A stretch of DNA of 64,000 bases, taken from the NCBI RefSeq assembly GCF_963921235.1, contig NC_086097.1, positions 78,184,001-78,248,000 of the forward strand, given 5' to 3'. Below the pieces are notes generated by a model. That model saw only the letters and a list, made by a program, of their open reading frames with translations, searched no databases and was not told the origin of the DNA. The DNA comes from Mobula hypostoma (Eukaryota). Within the stretch, counting starts at the first letter, position 1. The number at the start of each line of letters is the position of its first letter. The position numbers and the translations under genes were made by a program. Positions 1 to 14,590 of this stretch are shown here, piece after piece.

Positions 1-730
1 TTTGTCTGCAAAACAGTTTTATTTCTTCTCTTTTAATGATTTTTCAAGGTGGTTGGGGTCCTGTCGGCGTCCAGGATCTATAGCTGCAATCAAACTGCAG
101 TTCTTCACGATGATGTATTCTTGCTCTCAGAGTTTGCCGAGCAGCCTGGTGTTTTTCAATATCTCCAGGTATGGCTTGGAAGACGTGCACCCTCAGTGTG
201 CAGTCCTGTGAACAACCTGATTCCTCGCTGGTGTGGCCGACTGAAGTATCCCAGGAGATTAAAACATCGAGACAGCAGTGTAGGTTGCCGTCAAAATAAG
301 TTATGCTACAGATTGTAACATTGAAACAACAAGCTGTTTGTCTCCCTCATGCTTTGGCAGGAGAAAAATCTCTCACTCCTTCGTTAGTGAGAGAGTGAGA
401 GCCTGTCTGAGATATTGAAGTGTTGGGATGGCTTTTGATGGAATCTAGATCACTGGGGGGTGGGGGGCTTTGTTCTTGTTTGCATGATGGGTGGTGGAGG
501 ATGATGCTTTTGTGCTTTTACTGGGGCAAATATGGATAAGGGAGAGACATTGATTGATGCTTTTCTGCTTTTGTGCATGGGAGGTGGGAAGGGGGATTTG
601 GGGATCTAACATTTTCTGTCATTCATTCTTTGAGATTGTTCTCTCTGCTTTGTGGATGTTTGTGAAGAGTAAGGATTTCAGGTTGTATACTTACACATTC
701 TTTAATACTAGATTGAACCTTTGACCATAG
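1..730 (+). repeat. Non-coding interspersed repeat (ray-type non-autonomous retroposon-like), 5' end may be outside window
   Basis: GC/CpG-richer 5' part, then a G/T-rich body ending in '...ttcaggttgtatac...ttgaacctttgacc', a tail style shared with 7800-8500; no recognisable protein. Confidence 0.4.
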
Positions 731-1529
731 AAATATTTTCATATTTCTATGTTTCTATTATTGCTCATTAACGGATGATATTTAATTTTAAGAAGGAATG
801 AGATTTTAGAGTAAATTATTTTGAATTAAAACACTCATAAATAACTCAAAATTTCCAAAGAAATGAAATGGATATGCCACAAAAATATTGAAAATTTGGA
901 GGGAAAATACAAATATAAATGTACAAGGGTTAATTTTCACACTCATCAGAGAAGTGTACTTTCATTCTGGACACAAACCTTCTGGTTTCCACTTGAATTA
1001 AATTTAATTAAGTTAAAATCTGAGAATTTCTATATTGAGTGGGCAAGTTACTCTATTAATTTACTGAACAAATGGTGAAAGTTATTAAATCACTAAGAAC
1101 TTGAAAAATAGGGTGGATTACCCATAATTTGAAGGATTGGTTCCAAAATAAGCAATCTGCAGAATCCACAGGACATAGCAGACATGAACTCACATTTCAT
1201 GGAAAAGTGTTAACTATTTTTCATACAGTTTTCAAAGAGACTAAAGAGCAACCCAAACTGTGTGAACTCCATGGACTGAAATGATGGAAGAGTGATATAT
1301 TACAATGTAATCCCATGACTCTTTTGATGCTCATCAGATAATCTTTTGCCTACGTCAATTGTGAAAAGTGGGAATCCTGCCAAGGAGAGCAGAGATGCTT
1401 GCATCAGTTGAAAGAAACAGATTTATACAGGAAGCTCTATTAATTGTGAGATTTCTAGTTGAGACAAAATAATGGCTAATTTCAAAGCAGATGAATTAAA
1501 TCGGCATGTAGCTTTCATTAGAAGAACAT

Positions 1530-2331
1530 TATAACCATATAACTATATAACAATTACAGCACGGAAACAGGCCATCTTGGCCCTTCTAGTCCATGTTGAA
1601 CGCTTGCTCTCACCTAGTTCCACCGACCTGCACTCAGCCCAAAACCCTCCATTCCTTTCCTGTCCACATACCTATCCAATTTTTCTTTAAATGACAATAT
1701 CGAACCTGTCTCTACCACTTCTACTGGAAGCTCATTCCACACAGCCACCACTCTCTGAGTAAAGAATTTCCCCCTTGTGTTACCCCTAAACTTTTGCCCC
1801 CTAACTCTCAACTCATGTCCTCTTGTTTGAATCTCCCCTACTCTCAATGGAAAAAGCCTATCCACGTCAACTCTATCTATCCCACTCATAATTTTAAATA
1901 CCTCTATCAAGTTCCCCCCTCAACCTTCTACGCTCCAAAGAATAAAGACCTAACTTATTCAACCTTTCTCTGTAACTCAGGTGCTGAAATCCAGGTAACA
2001 TTCTAGTAAACCTTCTCTGTACTCTCTCTATTTTGTTGACATCTTTCCTATAATTCGGTGACCAGAACTGTACACAATACTCCAAATTTGGCCTTACCAA
2101 TGCCTTGTACAATTTTAACATTACATCCCAACTCCTATACTCAATGCTCTGATTTATAAAGGCCAACATACCAAAAGCTTTCTTCACCACACTATCCATG
2201 TGAGATTCCATCTTCAGGGAACTATGCACCATTATTCCTAGATCCCTCTGTTCTACTGCATTCTTCAATGCACTACCAATTACCATGTATGTCCTAATTT
2301 GATTAGTCCTACCAAAATGTAGCACCTCACA
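1530..2331 (-). mobile_element. CR1 LINE, 5'-truncated 3' fragment (ORF2 C-terminus and 3' tail)
   Basis: ORFs 1894-2325 and 1614-1910 give LYKALVRPNLEYCVQFWSP...ERVQRRFTRM...RG and TRGH...FFTQRVV..WN.LP, typical of the CR1 ORF2 C-terminus; one frameshift; short repeat tail near 1530. Confidence 0.92.
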
Positions 2332-5300
2332 CTTATATGTAGTATATAATGTATATTATGTTACTATAATTATCATGTCCTGTGAATTAAGTTCTGAAAA
2401 GCCAATCGGACAATGTAATTTTACTCAAGTTTGACTCCACTTTGAAAACACGGCGTTAAATTATCAGTTAAAGACCAATATAAACTTGTGCATTTTTTTC
2501 TTTTTTATTATGTATTTTTCTTTTTATTATCAATAATCTTCTTCAGAAAATGAGCAATAAGGGCCAGAAATATTTTCTTCTGGAAAATAATGATTACATT
2601 CATGCTTTTGTCTTCATTACAGTAATAAATTGTGTAAGAATATTCTGCCTTAAAAAATTATACTGTTCTAATCATTTACTTCTTTGAGATCCAAGCTCAA
2701 AGAATCAATTTTTCCCTCCAAAGGAAGAAGACTTTCTTTTAGTTGAGTTAATCCAGCGATGATAGAGCTCATTTGAGTCTCTAATCTATTAACCTAGGCT
2801 GGCTCTTCAGAACCTTTGTCAATTTTTTTTAGATTTACCATTACCTGTATCCGGGAATTTTTTTAGTGCTTCTCGAGGTAGCCATGGTTGTAATTATCAC
2901 TTTAACAGATCTGACTGAATAAAGTTAAAATTTCAAAGTTTAAGTCAGGAAAGGGAGAAATTAAAGGCAGACAGAAAGACACATGTCCACAGGCGGAAGG
3001 CGGAGTCACTGTTCTAGTCATTAAACATCAGAAAGACACTGGATTAGATTTATTGCAAACTGGTGGTTTACAGAATATGCCAAAGGGAAATCAATCACAC
3101 CTTTTACCACTAAAATCTAACAAAGAATGAGTTAATAGAAATCTTCAATAAAAGAGATGCAATACCTTGGTTCATTCTTCCTCTCCAATCTAATTATATT
3201 TTGTTTTCATCTGGATGGTCTCTATAAGCTAAGGGTAGGTCTGGCAACTGTAAATTATCCTGAGTCTAGGTGAGTGGTAGGAAATCACATGGGGTTTGAT
3301 GACCATGTAAGGGCATACAGGTTATGGAGAAGAGCGGCAGTAGGTTTTTCTTTGAAAGGGAGTAGAGACTCAATGGGTCAAATGTACGAAAATACTAGAG
3401 ATAATCATTTATTAGTCAACTAAACTTACTATGGTGAGTTCTATGTACAAACATTGTACTAATCCAGTTGGATCAACAGAAGTACAACGTGGTTAAGGGC
3501 AGCAATATAACTGTGTGACACTGAAAGCAAAGTGGCCCTCATCATTGAACAAGTTATGACACTCTGTAACTCACTGGGTGTACTTTCCTTGCCACAAGTT
3601 ACAGGCCAATTTATGCTTTAATAATTGCATGTCAGTCACACATTATTATTTTTAACAAAATCTGGGATACCAGTTCCAAAGCATCTAAAAGTGCACCATT
3701 AGGTCATGTCATCCTCAAACGTTTGCCAAGAATCTCTTTGTCAACTGATTTATTGAGTTCACCCTAACTTAACCCTTCGCATTAGTTCAATTTTGAAAAC
3801 TAAGTTAAAGACTATAAAGGAAAGCGAGCCTTCTGCAACACTAAATCTATGGCATGAGAAGTGAAATGGTGAAGATATATACCTGGCAATGGGGCAAAAA
3901 CTATCAGTGAAACAGGAAGAAAATTGTCAAAGTTGGCAAATCTGGAAGAGTTGAGGAGATTTCGTTCAGGTGGTGTAAGCGGATCCAGAAGTAATTTCAG
4001 AAGGGACTTGGAAAGTTACTTGAGGAAGAAGTTATTCAAGGTAAGGGACTGAGAATGGGATGCCTTCCTCTGACTCACTTGTCAGTGGTCTGCGTTTACA
4101 TGAAGATTCATGGACAGGGAAGTGGGAAGACAGGTGAAGCGCGAAGTGAACAGCTAGTCAGTATCAGGAAAATACAGACTATTTGAACTTAATAGCAAGG
4201 TATTATTTAAAGAAATCAAGACAGTCTCCCACCTTTCTGGCTGACTTGATTGATTAGCTGGTTATAGGAAGTGTAAGTGAGCAGTTGCAACAATGAATGT
4301 ATTGAGGCAGCTGTCAGTAATCAACCAAAAGCAACTGGCTCTTGGACACTCAGGAGCTGAGAAGGCCAGAGTCTTCCTTGCAACACTGAGAAGTACTCCT
4401 GGTCTTCCAGAACCAATGAAGCATGAACAATTATGTATTACTTGGACCAATAAAATGTAAATTAAACTTGCATTTCTCCAAACTGTCTGCAGCATTAAAT
4501 ATTTCCATAATAATTCTTAAAATGCTGGGCACATTCATTGGGACTGGGAGTTTCAGTTCTCTTTCTTCTCAGGGGCCCAAATATAATGAAAATCCATTTC
4601 CCAAATGAAGAATAAAAAAAAAAGAACTAGCAGTCAGAATGCCCAGGTTTAGTTAGCACAAGAAAGATTAAGAGTGGAAAGGAACAAGAAAGACTCCAAG
4701 ACTAAAATTGTTTCTATGTAGAAGTCTCGCCTACTCTGCAGGGATCAAATAAAGTTTGCTTACTCCAGGGCAAAGCCAGTCATTTAATTCCGGGCATCTT
4801 CAGGCAACTAAGAGTCAAGCTGCTCCCCACAATGATCTGACATTCTCATCACAGGGTATTCTCAAATAACAAGATGTGTTCCAAATTGTAATAAAGAAAA
4901 TCCCTTTACAACACATTCCAAACATTATTCCTCAGCTGTAATATTTGGAAGGGAGCGAGTGTGTGTGAAGGAGAGAGGTATAGATCAAATTAATTACTTT
5001 TCTGCAACCAAGTAGTCGAACGCGCAGTATAGTCACAAGCACCTATCTTACATTTAGTCCATGAGTTAAAGAAACGCCTTTGCTCTGGTCTATTGCATGG
5101 TGTGACCTCACTGATAAGAATGATTGGGTGTCCTGCCGTAAGTGGTGATCAGGTCAGACCTCACAGCATAACAGTAAGAAACCATTCACCATGTTCGGAG
5201 CTCAGGCAACAGGAAGAAAAATGAGGCAATCATTTCAAAATTGTGACCAAAATAGCACTGCTTGTCTTTGCTGAGGAAAAGGTAATTTGAGGTCAGCAAT

Positions 5301-7799
5301 TCAGCTGAGTATTCCCTATCTTCATCAGTAAATTACAGATACAGGGTTTGAATTCAGTTCTAACGACTAAAAGTAAAAGAGTGACTGGTAAAATAAAAAC
5401 AAGAAGTGTTTACAATTTGAATTACACAGGGAAATAACCTGTGAACTGGTACACTTTATGTTAAGGTTATCTTTGAACTAGTTATGTTTTCCAAAAATAT
5501 CATCAAGAAAATTTTGCATGAGTAAGTTAATATATAGAGAAGAATGTGAGATTATTAACACATTCTTAGTCCATATTTTAAAACATTGTTAAGAACAATA
5601 AATGAATACCCAAGAGGATTCTGCTGATCAGTTGAGATTGGCATTGACACTGACTATCAAGGTTTCAGCGTTGCTTTGCAAATAACATTGGACCATTAGG
5701 AGAAGCTCTGCGGGAACTCATTCTGAAATAATTAGATCCTCACATACCTCAAGGTCTTCCTTCAATCTACTGGCTATTTGCAGACATGACTGGAGTAAGC
5801 AACTTTTATGTGTGTTGCTGGAGTATATCTGCCTTTCATCGTCAATGGCTCAAGTTCAGGAGTCAGGCAAAAAAAGAAAACATCCACAAAATATACTCAT
5901 TTCTTCATGATCTGAACAAATAAAAGGAGGATTTCTTTTGCATAAATCCAACAAAAGAAACATGGAAGCAAAATGAACAGTTTTCAAGGATCAGTCAATA
6001 TAACTCAGCAATATCTATCTCTTGTCCTTTCATTATCAGTTCAGCAGAGGCTGACATTTTTGCTCTGAAATGAGAGGATCGTTTAGTAAAAGAGTAGGAT
6101 TTGACCAAGCTCAAGAGCTGCCCACTGGAGCCATCAGAGATGAATGCTAGTGCACAAAACTTAACAATTAAAAGCAGAACATGCCACTCAGCCCCTTGAT
6201 CCTGCTCTGTTATTAGCAAGATTGTGGCTGATCTGGTTGCTACCTCAATTTCACGTTCCTGCCTCTCCCTGATAAACTTTCATATCCCTGCTGATCAAGA
6301 ACTCATCTGCCACTGCCTGGAAAACATTTGTCACTCATCTTCCACTTCACTTTAAGGAAGAGAGCACCAAAGACTCACAACTGTGTGAGAAAAAATGAAT
6401 TTTACCCTCCAGGAAATCAGCTGCTTTAAAATGTCAAGCTCATATTTTAAAACAATGCTGTGTGCATCTTCTCCTGTAAGAGAAAATATCCACTCCAAAT
6501 CTATTCAGTAAGGAACCCTCAAGATGTTATAGAAGTAACAGTCATGAAATTATTCAGTTCAGTTTACTGTATATCTGTGACAACTCTTTGGGGGAGCTGT
6601 ACAGTCAACCTTACTGCTCTGCCTTTTCTCAGTTTTTTCTTCCAATTTGAATCTACATCTAGTTCTCTTCGCAATTACTGCTGAAGCTGTTTTCACCACC
6701 CTTTTAGGGAGTCACTTTATTCACTTACCAGCCCATGGAATGCGAACATTCCTTGAGTATTCCACTTGCCCTTGGGAAAAGAGTGGTGGCCTGCTGCTGT
6801 GCTCATGGTGAGGTGTGTTCATAGAGCTGTTAGGGAAAGATGTTCATGATTTTAACCAGCAATGATGAAAGAATGATGATATATCTCCAAGTCCGGTGGT
6901 GTGCAACTTGAAAGCAAACTTGCTTTGTGCATGTTGCCTTTAATATTTTACATGGCATTGATTGTAGGCCAGAGAGGCGCTGTCGAAGAAGTGTTGCTGA
7001 ATTTCAGATCACAGAAGACTTGCTGTCTTACACCATCCAAGTGATCAGACAGGATTAGCTAGATCATTGTTGGGAACAATTGTCATATTCAGGTTTTGCT
7101 ACTTGACCCAAGAATTAAGACAGCAACTTTATGAAACCCATTACAACTATCTCTGGGCTGGTGATCAAAGACTGGACTTTTCTGATCTATTTCACTCAAT
7201 ATCACACCACAAGGCAGCTTTGGACTGAAAAGCATTAGAAATCCATGAAACTCTTTGAAATTTATTTAACTTCAGCATGTTTGGCACACCTTTACTACAG
7301 AACGGCTTCACTTTGGGTGGCCTGGTATCACAGGTGGTGGAGCACCTGCCTTGAAGCTAAGTTTGGGTAAGTTCATCCCAAATGCTCGATTCCTTTATTA
7401 CTTCAGGCTTCACGTTTGAACTTTGCAAACCATATCACATTACCTCAGCAGCAATTCTATCACGTGCCAGTGTTTCTATTTTACGTTTTATGAGAAACAT
7501 GTAGCTTACATTATGAAACAAAAGTTAAAGTTAGAATTGTAGCTATGGATTGAGATGAAAAACTCTTCAGTGTTTTCTAATCATTTTGAAAAAGAGCTTG
7601 TGTTCTGAATTAAAATAACATACATACTAAGTGTTCTGCTGACAATCTTTGTGCTCAATGTACTGAACAACAAAGCAAAAAAAAACTTTCAGTTTAAGGT
7701 GGTGTGATAGCTTACTGGTAGTTCGAAAGCAACAAAATTTGATTAAAAATATAATTAACCACACTTTTTTTTGAAGTAAGTTGGGATAAACCATCAGCA

Positions 7800-8505
7800 C
7801 AAACAATGAAGAGGTGAGCGAAGGCAAAGCAAATTTGAGAGGTGTGCCCTGCTGGTGTGCTGCAAAATCAACACACTTGGAGTTGGAGCTGTGGGGGCTG
7901 GAGTGAACAATTCAGAGAGAAGACGAGGCAGAGGAGTTCCGATGCCAGTCCAAGTGACCTGGGTGCAAGGGTAGATCGCTCTAAGTGCTGAGCCAATTTG
8001 AAGAGGGTGAGAATGGTTTCTTCGGCAGCGAAATCTCAGCACAGAGCAACTTACTGTGGCGGAGCCCGGGTCCGAATGCAAGCTTCAATCCACTGTTCAG
8101 ACAATTTAAACACCAGCCCAGATAGACTGGGGGCTCCTCTCTCCAGGATGCTAGGCTATGAGACTGACCCTGGCTGCTGTGCTTCATGTCTATGAACTTT
8201 GCGACGATTTGCCCCGCTAATATAATGTACTGAATACCGAGGTTTTGGATCTACTCTGGGCTGCTCTGTGGGTTTGGATCCAAGGATTCGTTTTGGTTCA
8301 GAATGCTGTTGTTGTTGTTGTTGTTGTTGCTCTCTTTTACTGTTTGCATGATTTGTGTCTTTTTTTCACTTTTTCTGTGTGCATTGGGAGGGTTGGTCTT
8401 TATTATTTTTTATATTTGGTTCTTTTGGGCTTCTTGCTTTCTGGCTGCCTCCAAGCAAACCAATCTCAAGGTGTATAATTAATACATTTTTTGAATATTT
8501 GAATA
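7800..8505 (+). repeat. Non-coding interspersed repeat (non-autonomous retroposon-like) with internal (GTT)n
   Basis: CpG-rich head, T-rich body, tail 'aatctcaaggtgtataat...tttgaa' similar to the 1-730 element. Confidence 0.4.
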
Positions 8506-9739
8506 CAGAGAGGTATACCAAATATAGAAAAGTGTATCAAATATAGAGAAGTGTACTATCTTACCCCAAACCAGTTTGATTCCCCAAATACAGAGGTTTA
8601 GCAGTTGGGCTGTGCAACCCACAAATATGTTAATGAGTGAGCTCTAGGTAAATGAACTGCATTGTCAGCTATATCGCCAATTAATTCCTGGAAGATCTTC
8701 CTTTGTTCTCTACTTACAATAAAATTTCAAATTAATTTGTCATCATTTAGCCATGTTCCTCATTGGTGACATCACAGCCCCCCAGTCTGTATTAACTGTA
8801 GGTACAATTGAAAGTGAACGTTAAAGAAATAGCCACATCTTGCTTATGCTCCCGATTTTTCATATATTTCCTGCAACGTGCTTCAAATTGTTTTGTTTTC
8901 CTGGTAACAGGCAATGGGGATGTGACCTGCAAAAGATAGGCTGTATGAAGGAAATATTTCCAGATGGAAACCATCTTGAACCAGCACCAGAGGAACTCAC
9001 GAGAAACTGAACAATGTTCATAACACATGGATTGCTAGGAGTACATGTGACTGACAATAGGCCACAAAATTCTTCAACACAGTTTGAAAGATTTATGCAC
9101 TTCAAAGTTGTAAGTACTTTTTCACATCTCTGTACTGCATGAATCAGATGGGGAGGTTGTGCATTCTGTCCACACAGCAGAGACGACACTCAAAGGACAG
9201 CTCAAATTTGCCCAAATGGTATAAGATGGCTACTTTCCTGTTAATATGCAGGAATGCACTCAATACATCCTGGCTGAGATGTTCGCGAACTGCAGGCTCA
9301 GGGAAACCATTGACATGTACAATAATAAACTGCCTTTCCGTAACAATTAATTCCAGCTACAGCAACAGACACATGCTACAACTTAATATCGCTTCTGGAG
9401 CACTCTTTTGCCTTCAATAATAAAAGCAAAAATCACTGCGTACTCAGCTAGACAGGCGACATTAACATTTCTAGGCAATGTTAAAGATGTAACAAGCTTT
9501 AAGAAGGAACAATAAAAAGGTCTGGGTATGGTGGAAAACAGGAGAGGTTAGATAACAACAAGAATGATGTTACAAGGCCAAATGAGGTAGTAACCAGCTA
9601 AGTAAATGAACAAGAAATGGACCAGTGAAAATAGCAAAAAGAAACGCAGATAATGGAAATACAAAATACAAAAAGAAAGTACTGAAAATATACACCAAGT
9701 CAGGTTGCATCCATGGGAAGAGAAAGTCAAAAGTTGCAA

Positions 9740-10375
9740 GTGGATGTATTGTCATATCCACACATTCAGGTATGCATAGGTGCAATGAAAAACTTACTTG
9801 TAGCAGCATCACAGGCACATACCATCAGATAAGCAGCATTTACAAGAGAAACATGGACTACTTAAATGTTATATAAATGTTTTACAGAAAAACAAACAAC
9901 TGGAACAAAACATCTTAGTGCAAATGATGGAAGTGTTCAGTGCTGCTAAACTGTAGTGATTAGGTCAAGAAATATATGGTTGGAGCCAAGCGGTTGTTCT
10001 TGAATCTGGTGGTGTGGGACTTCAGGCTTTTGTACCTCCTGCTCGATGGTAGCTGCAAAAAGATGGTATGGTCCACATGGTGGGGATCTTTGGTAAAAGA
10101 TGTTGCCTTTTTCAGACAGTACCTCCTATAGACACGATGAATGGTGAGGAGGGAAGTAACTGTGATATACTGGCCAAGCCCACTACTCTCTGCAACTTCT
10201 TACGTTCCTGTGAATTCAAGTTGCTGTACCAAACCATTATCCCACCAGTCAGGATTCTTTCAACAGTACATCTTTAGAAGTTTGTTAGCGTGTTCCATCA
10301 CAAGGTGAGTCTTAACCTCTTAAGAGAGTAATGATTTCAGCATATTTTCCTTACGATTGCATCTATATGCAGGGC
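9740..10375 (-). mobile_element. Rex1/Babar-type LINE 3' fragment, decayed
   Basis: Similar to the 3' regions at 41852-42380 and 60900-61310 (ttcaggcttttgtacctcct...gatgg, the LPSGRRY.SLK region). Confidence 0.65.
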
Positions 10376-13300
10376 TAACATTTCAGATTAAAGATGCTCC
10401 ACCTGAAATAACAACTTTGTTTTAGCAATGGACTGGAGTAGGTATGAATGATAACGGTAGAAGTCCTCAGATGCCGTTGTAGGTTTAGAAGCTGTGGTTA
10501 TGATGTGAAACTGTTGAGCTTCATATTGGACCCACTTCGTTTCTGTTCTTCAGTCATTCTCATCTATTCATTTAAAACCCTTTTGAAAGCCCATTACCCT
10601 GAAGTGTTAACATTTTTCCTTTCTCCATAAGTGGCCTGACCTAAAAAACTTTTCTAAATGCCTTGTTTATTAGTTTTACTACAGGTTGTTCAGTAAACAT
10701 CACTAAACAACATCCACCACAGGCTTTGCACTCTTCACACAGTATTCTTACTATCCTTTTGGACATTTGATCCACAGGTTTCAGTGGCAAAATTCCCAGA
10801 AACTGTTTAAAATTTGAAAGTAATTTTATTCTGAGACCATGGAGTCTGTTGTTGAAACAGTGGAAATATTTAGCAAATAACAAATGAAGGAGTTTATAAA
10901 AGAACTTGCACCCCGGTTATAGAAAGGCCACAGCTGATTTGCTTCATATATAAACACTGTATTGTATCTGCTCATATCCATGTTGCGGCTGCAAATAATT
11001 AAGAAAATGTTAGTATAACGTGATCCTTATTGTGACATACCTTTAGGGAATATTGTACAGAAATAGAATATTGTTTTTATGTGCTAACGATGAGGCCTCC
11101 ATTCCCTTTCCTGGTGCTCCTTCTCCATCACATTTGCTATGATGATGAGATGTTCCACACAATTGCCTCTGAAATGCTTTCCTTTCTCTTTTTTCCTTTC
11201 CCTTGACTGTAGCCTGACCTGTTTAGATTTTTTTCTGGCATTTCCTGTTTTTCTTTTAACAAAATAAAATTGGTTAAACAATTTGACAATGAAAGTTACT
11301 TCTTGAAAACATTTCATATGGTCTGATGAAGGTGACAGTTCAGATTTAACTTATTTTAAATATAATGACAAAGTTGAGAAGGACTCAAAACAATTGCTCA
11401 TAATTTGTTGAAACCCATCTGCCCAATCCAAGGCCACCAGGACTTTTCTAACAATGAAGTATAGTTCTGCACAGCTGCAGTCTTTCAACACCGAATTGCA
11501 AAAGGTTTTTGCAAAATCCTAAATGCTGCTAAGACAACAAACCAGGGTAACTAATCTTAGCCAAACCTTAACATAAAGTGAGCATTTTAGTTACAATTAT
11601 CGAGTAATTACTATACATTTATCACACAAATCCTGAATATATCCTCTCCCACCAGCAGGACAAGACATCAGAAGTGGAATTAAATGATATACGGTGGAAA
11701 GGAGAAGTGAGAATCCCCAACTTTCATCCAAGGCATCCAAAGGTTTCATGGAATTAGGTCAAACATGGACAAAGAAATCTTCTCCTGATTTCCGCCTATC
11801 ATCCACTCTCAGTTAATGAATCAAGGATCCTGTACCTTGAACAATACCTTGAAATATCAAAGGCACAGAATACACTCTAGGTGAGAAACTTCATTGTCCA
11901 AGGGTGGTTGAGATTCCTTCACCATTGCTATGTCTAACTCCACTCTTCAAACCCTGTTAAGAGTTTCTATGTTTCAACAAGATCACTTCATATTCTTCTT
12001 GACTCTGGAAAATCTGCTTAATTTCTGCTCAAACAACAAACCAGGATTCAATCTGGCATACTGGTATACTCCTCCCTTACATTAGGTGACTAGATCTGTT
12101 TTTGATGTTCTAAGTGTGGCAATGTCTTGCACAATATAATTGCTATAAGACATCTTTATCCGTATTGAAATCTTGTTCTTTCAGAGTTGAGAAGGAATGT
12201 CTTCTATCAAGGTTCCATGAATCTTTGGAATTCCTTATTCCAATGAATTGTAGAAGCAGAATGATGGAACAGAGTTTGGCATGCAAACTACAGGAGTTTT
12301 AAGGGGTATGTGGAGAGAAAAAAAAAAGATCTTTAAGCCAAGATTGGATCAGTCATGACCTTAAAGGAACAAGCTCAAAGGGTCAGCAGGCCTGTTTGTG
12401 CATTTATTTCTTATGTTCTTATCATGTTATTTAAAAGAAAAGCACTGTTTGCTGTCCAAACTGCTTGCTTAACCTGCATGTTAACCTTCAGTGATTTATG
12501 CACAAAAACACCCAAGTACCTCTCAATACCAATACCTTCCAATCTCTAACCATGTAAAAAGTGGCCCACCCAACTATAGTTTTATCAAAGTGGATTATAC
12601 AACATTTCTAATCATATAATATTCCATCTATTGAGCTCTCACCCATTCAACAAACTAACCTCTATCACCACTGAATCTTCTCCACACCTTTCTCACAACA
12701 TGCACTGTTGCCCCACCGAGCACTGACTCTGTTTATCTTGATGCACTCATCCAAATTTAGCTTGTTGGGTCCCTTGCAGCATCCCAATACTCAAAACACA
12801 ATCACAATATCATAAACACAGATGGTTCTCCCAAAATAAACCCATTTATGTTATTCTCTGTTTTCCCTTTCTCAATCACATGTTGGTCCTATTCAATTGA
12901 AATCTTAAATGTTCCTAGTATTCAGACTGTCTGCTCTTTTAAGGAGCGCACTAATCCTTTTCCGTTCATGTAACACTGTCCTTCACTTCTCTTGTTAACC
13001 ACAAATTGGCTCTCAACTTGCTCTCATCTGTTTTACACCATCACACTTGATGTTTTCAATTCCCACATTTGAATTTAATGAAAGCAACACTGGCTCTGCT
13101 TGAAACCATTTATCATTTCCTAAATTGAGCAGCACAATCCAAATGAATCAAAATTTGCCCCCACTGGAACTCCAAAGCAATTGGAAAACACAACTCAAGT
13201 AACAACAGTAAAAAGTTTAAGTTTTGCTCATATTAACATGCTGCCCATGTAGACCAGTAACAGGCGCATAAGAAAAGATGAATATTTACTCTTTTTTAAT

Positions 13301-13676
13301 TCAGAGTCAAAGCCTGCCATGAAGATGTCAGCCCCTGAAATATTACAAGTTTCTCTTATTTGGTCAAAATGTTTGAAATATTCATAATTGGTGCATGCGT
13401 TTGCTAATAAAGGCAATATCAATGATTCAAGCCATAATATTACAGATTTTGCAAGTATTGGATGTTTTGTTGATAATTAGAAAAAAAAATTGTACATTGA
13501 AAGAAAACTTGAATCTGGTTCAGAAAAGTGGGAGAGTTTGAGAGATTTTGAGAACAGCCTGGAGCTTTTATTCTCCCAGAGGGCATGCATTGAAGGTAAA
13601 AGGGGACAAATTATTTACAAAGAGAGTGGTAGGTGCCTAGAATGCACCACCAGGGTGAAGGTGGATATGATAGAGT

Positions 13677-14590
13677 AACACACACGAGATGCTGGAGGGA
13701 CTCAGCAGGTCAGGCAGCATCTATAGAAATGAATAAATAGTTGACTTTTTGGGCCAAAACCCTTCAACAGGACTGTAAAGTGGAAAGAAAGGTGGAAGAC
13801 GCTGGAATAAAAAGGTGGGGGGTAAGTAAAGGAGTACTTGCTAGAAGGTGATAGGTGAAGCCACACAGGTGGGAAAGGTAAAGGGCTGGAGAAGGAGGAA
13901 TCTGATACGAGAGGAGAATGGACCATGGGAGAAAGAAAAGAAGGAGGAGCACAAGGGGGAGTTGATTGTCTGGTGAGGAGAAGAGGTAAGACGCCAGAGT
14001 GAAGAATAGAAGAGGGAAGAGGGCGGGGAAAAATTACTGGAAGAAGAAATTGATGTTCATACCATCAATTTGGAAGCTACCTAGACAGAATATGAGGTGT
14101 TGCTCCTCCACCATGAGTGTGGCCTCATCATTGAAAAAGAAGAGGCCATGGACCGACATTTTGGATAGGATTGGGAGAGAAAGTAAAGTGGTTGACCACT
14201 GGGAAATTCTGAATTTGGATGATGGAGCAGAGGTGCTCAACAAAGTGTTCCCCCAATTTACGTCAGGTCTCAATGTAGAGGAGGCCATATCAGGATACAA
14301 TAAACAACCCCAACAAATTCTTAGGTGAACTATTACCTCGCCTGGAAGGGCTGTTTGGGGCCCTGAATGGAGGTGAGGGAGAAAGTGAATAGGCAGGTGT
14401 AGCATTGCAGGGATGTGTGCCAGGAGGCAGATTAGTCGGGGAGGAATGAATAGACAAGGAATTTAGAGATAGTGATCCCTACAGAAAGCAGCTTTGGGGG
14501 AGGGAGAGGTAAAGACGTGTTTGGTGGTAGAATCCCATTGAAAATGGCAGAAGTTACAGTAAATAATGTGTTGGATGTGGAAGCTCATGG
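13677..14590 (-). mobile_element. Penelope-like element (PLE) fragment: GIY-YIG C-terminus plus pLTR, inserted in a CR1 tail fragment
   Basis: ORF 14034-14405 ends MSVHGLFFFNDEATLMVEEQHLIFCLGSFQIDGMNINF, matching the PLE endonuclease C-terminus; terminal 'cacacgagatgctggagggactcagcagg' motif; CR1 tail sequence resumes after 14597. Confidence 0.85.

Noticed and set aside
49..168. Apparent 120-bp exon (…ttttcaag|GTGG…CCAG|gtatgg)
   Set aside because: It lies within what looks like an interspersed repeat, and neither open frame resembles a protein I know.
1190..1380. Minus-strand exon-like segment with a GTGAGT donor
   Set aside because: All three frames contain stops for both candidate acceptors I tried.
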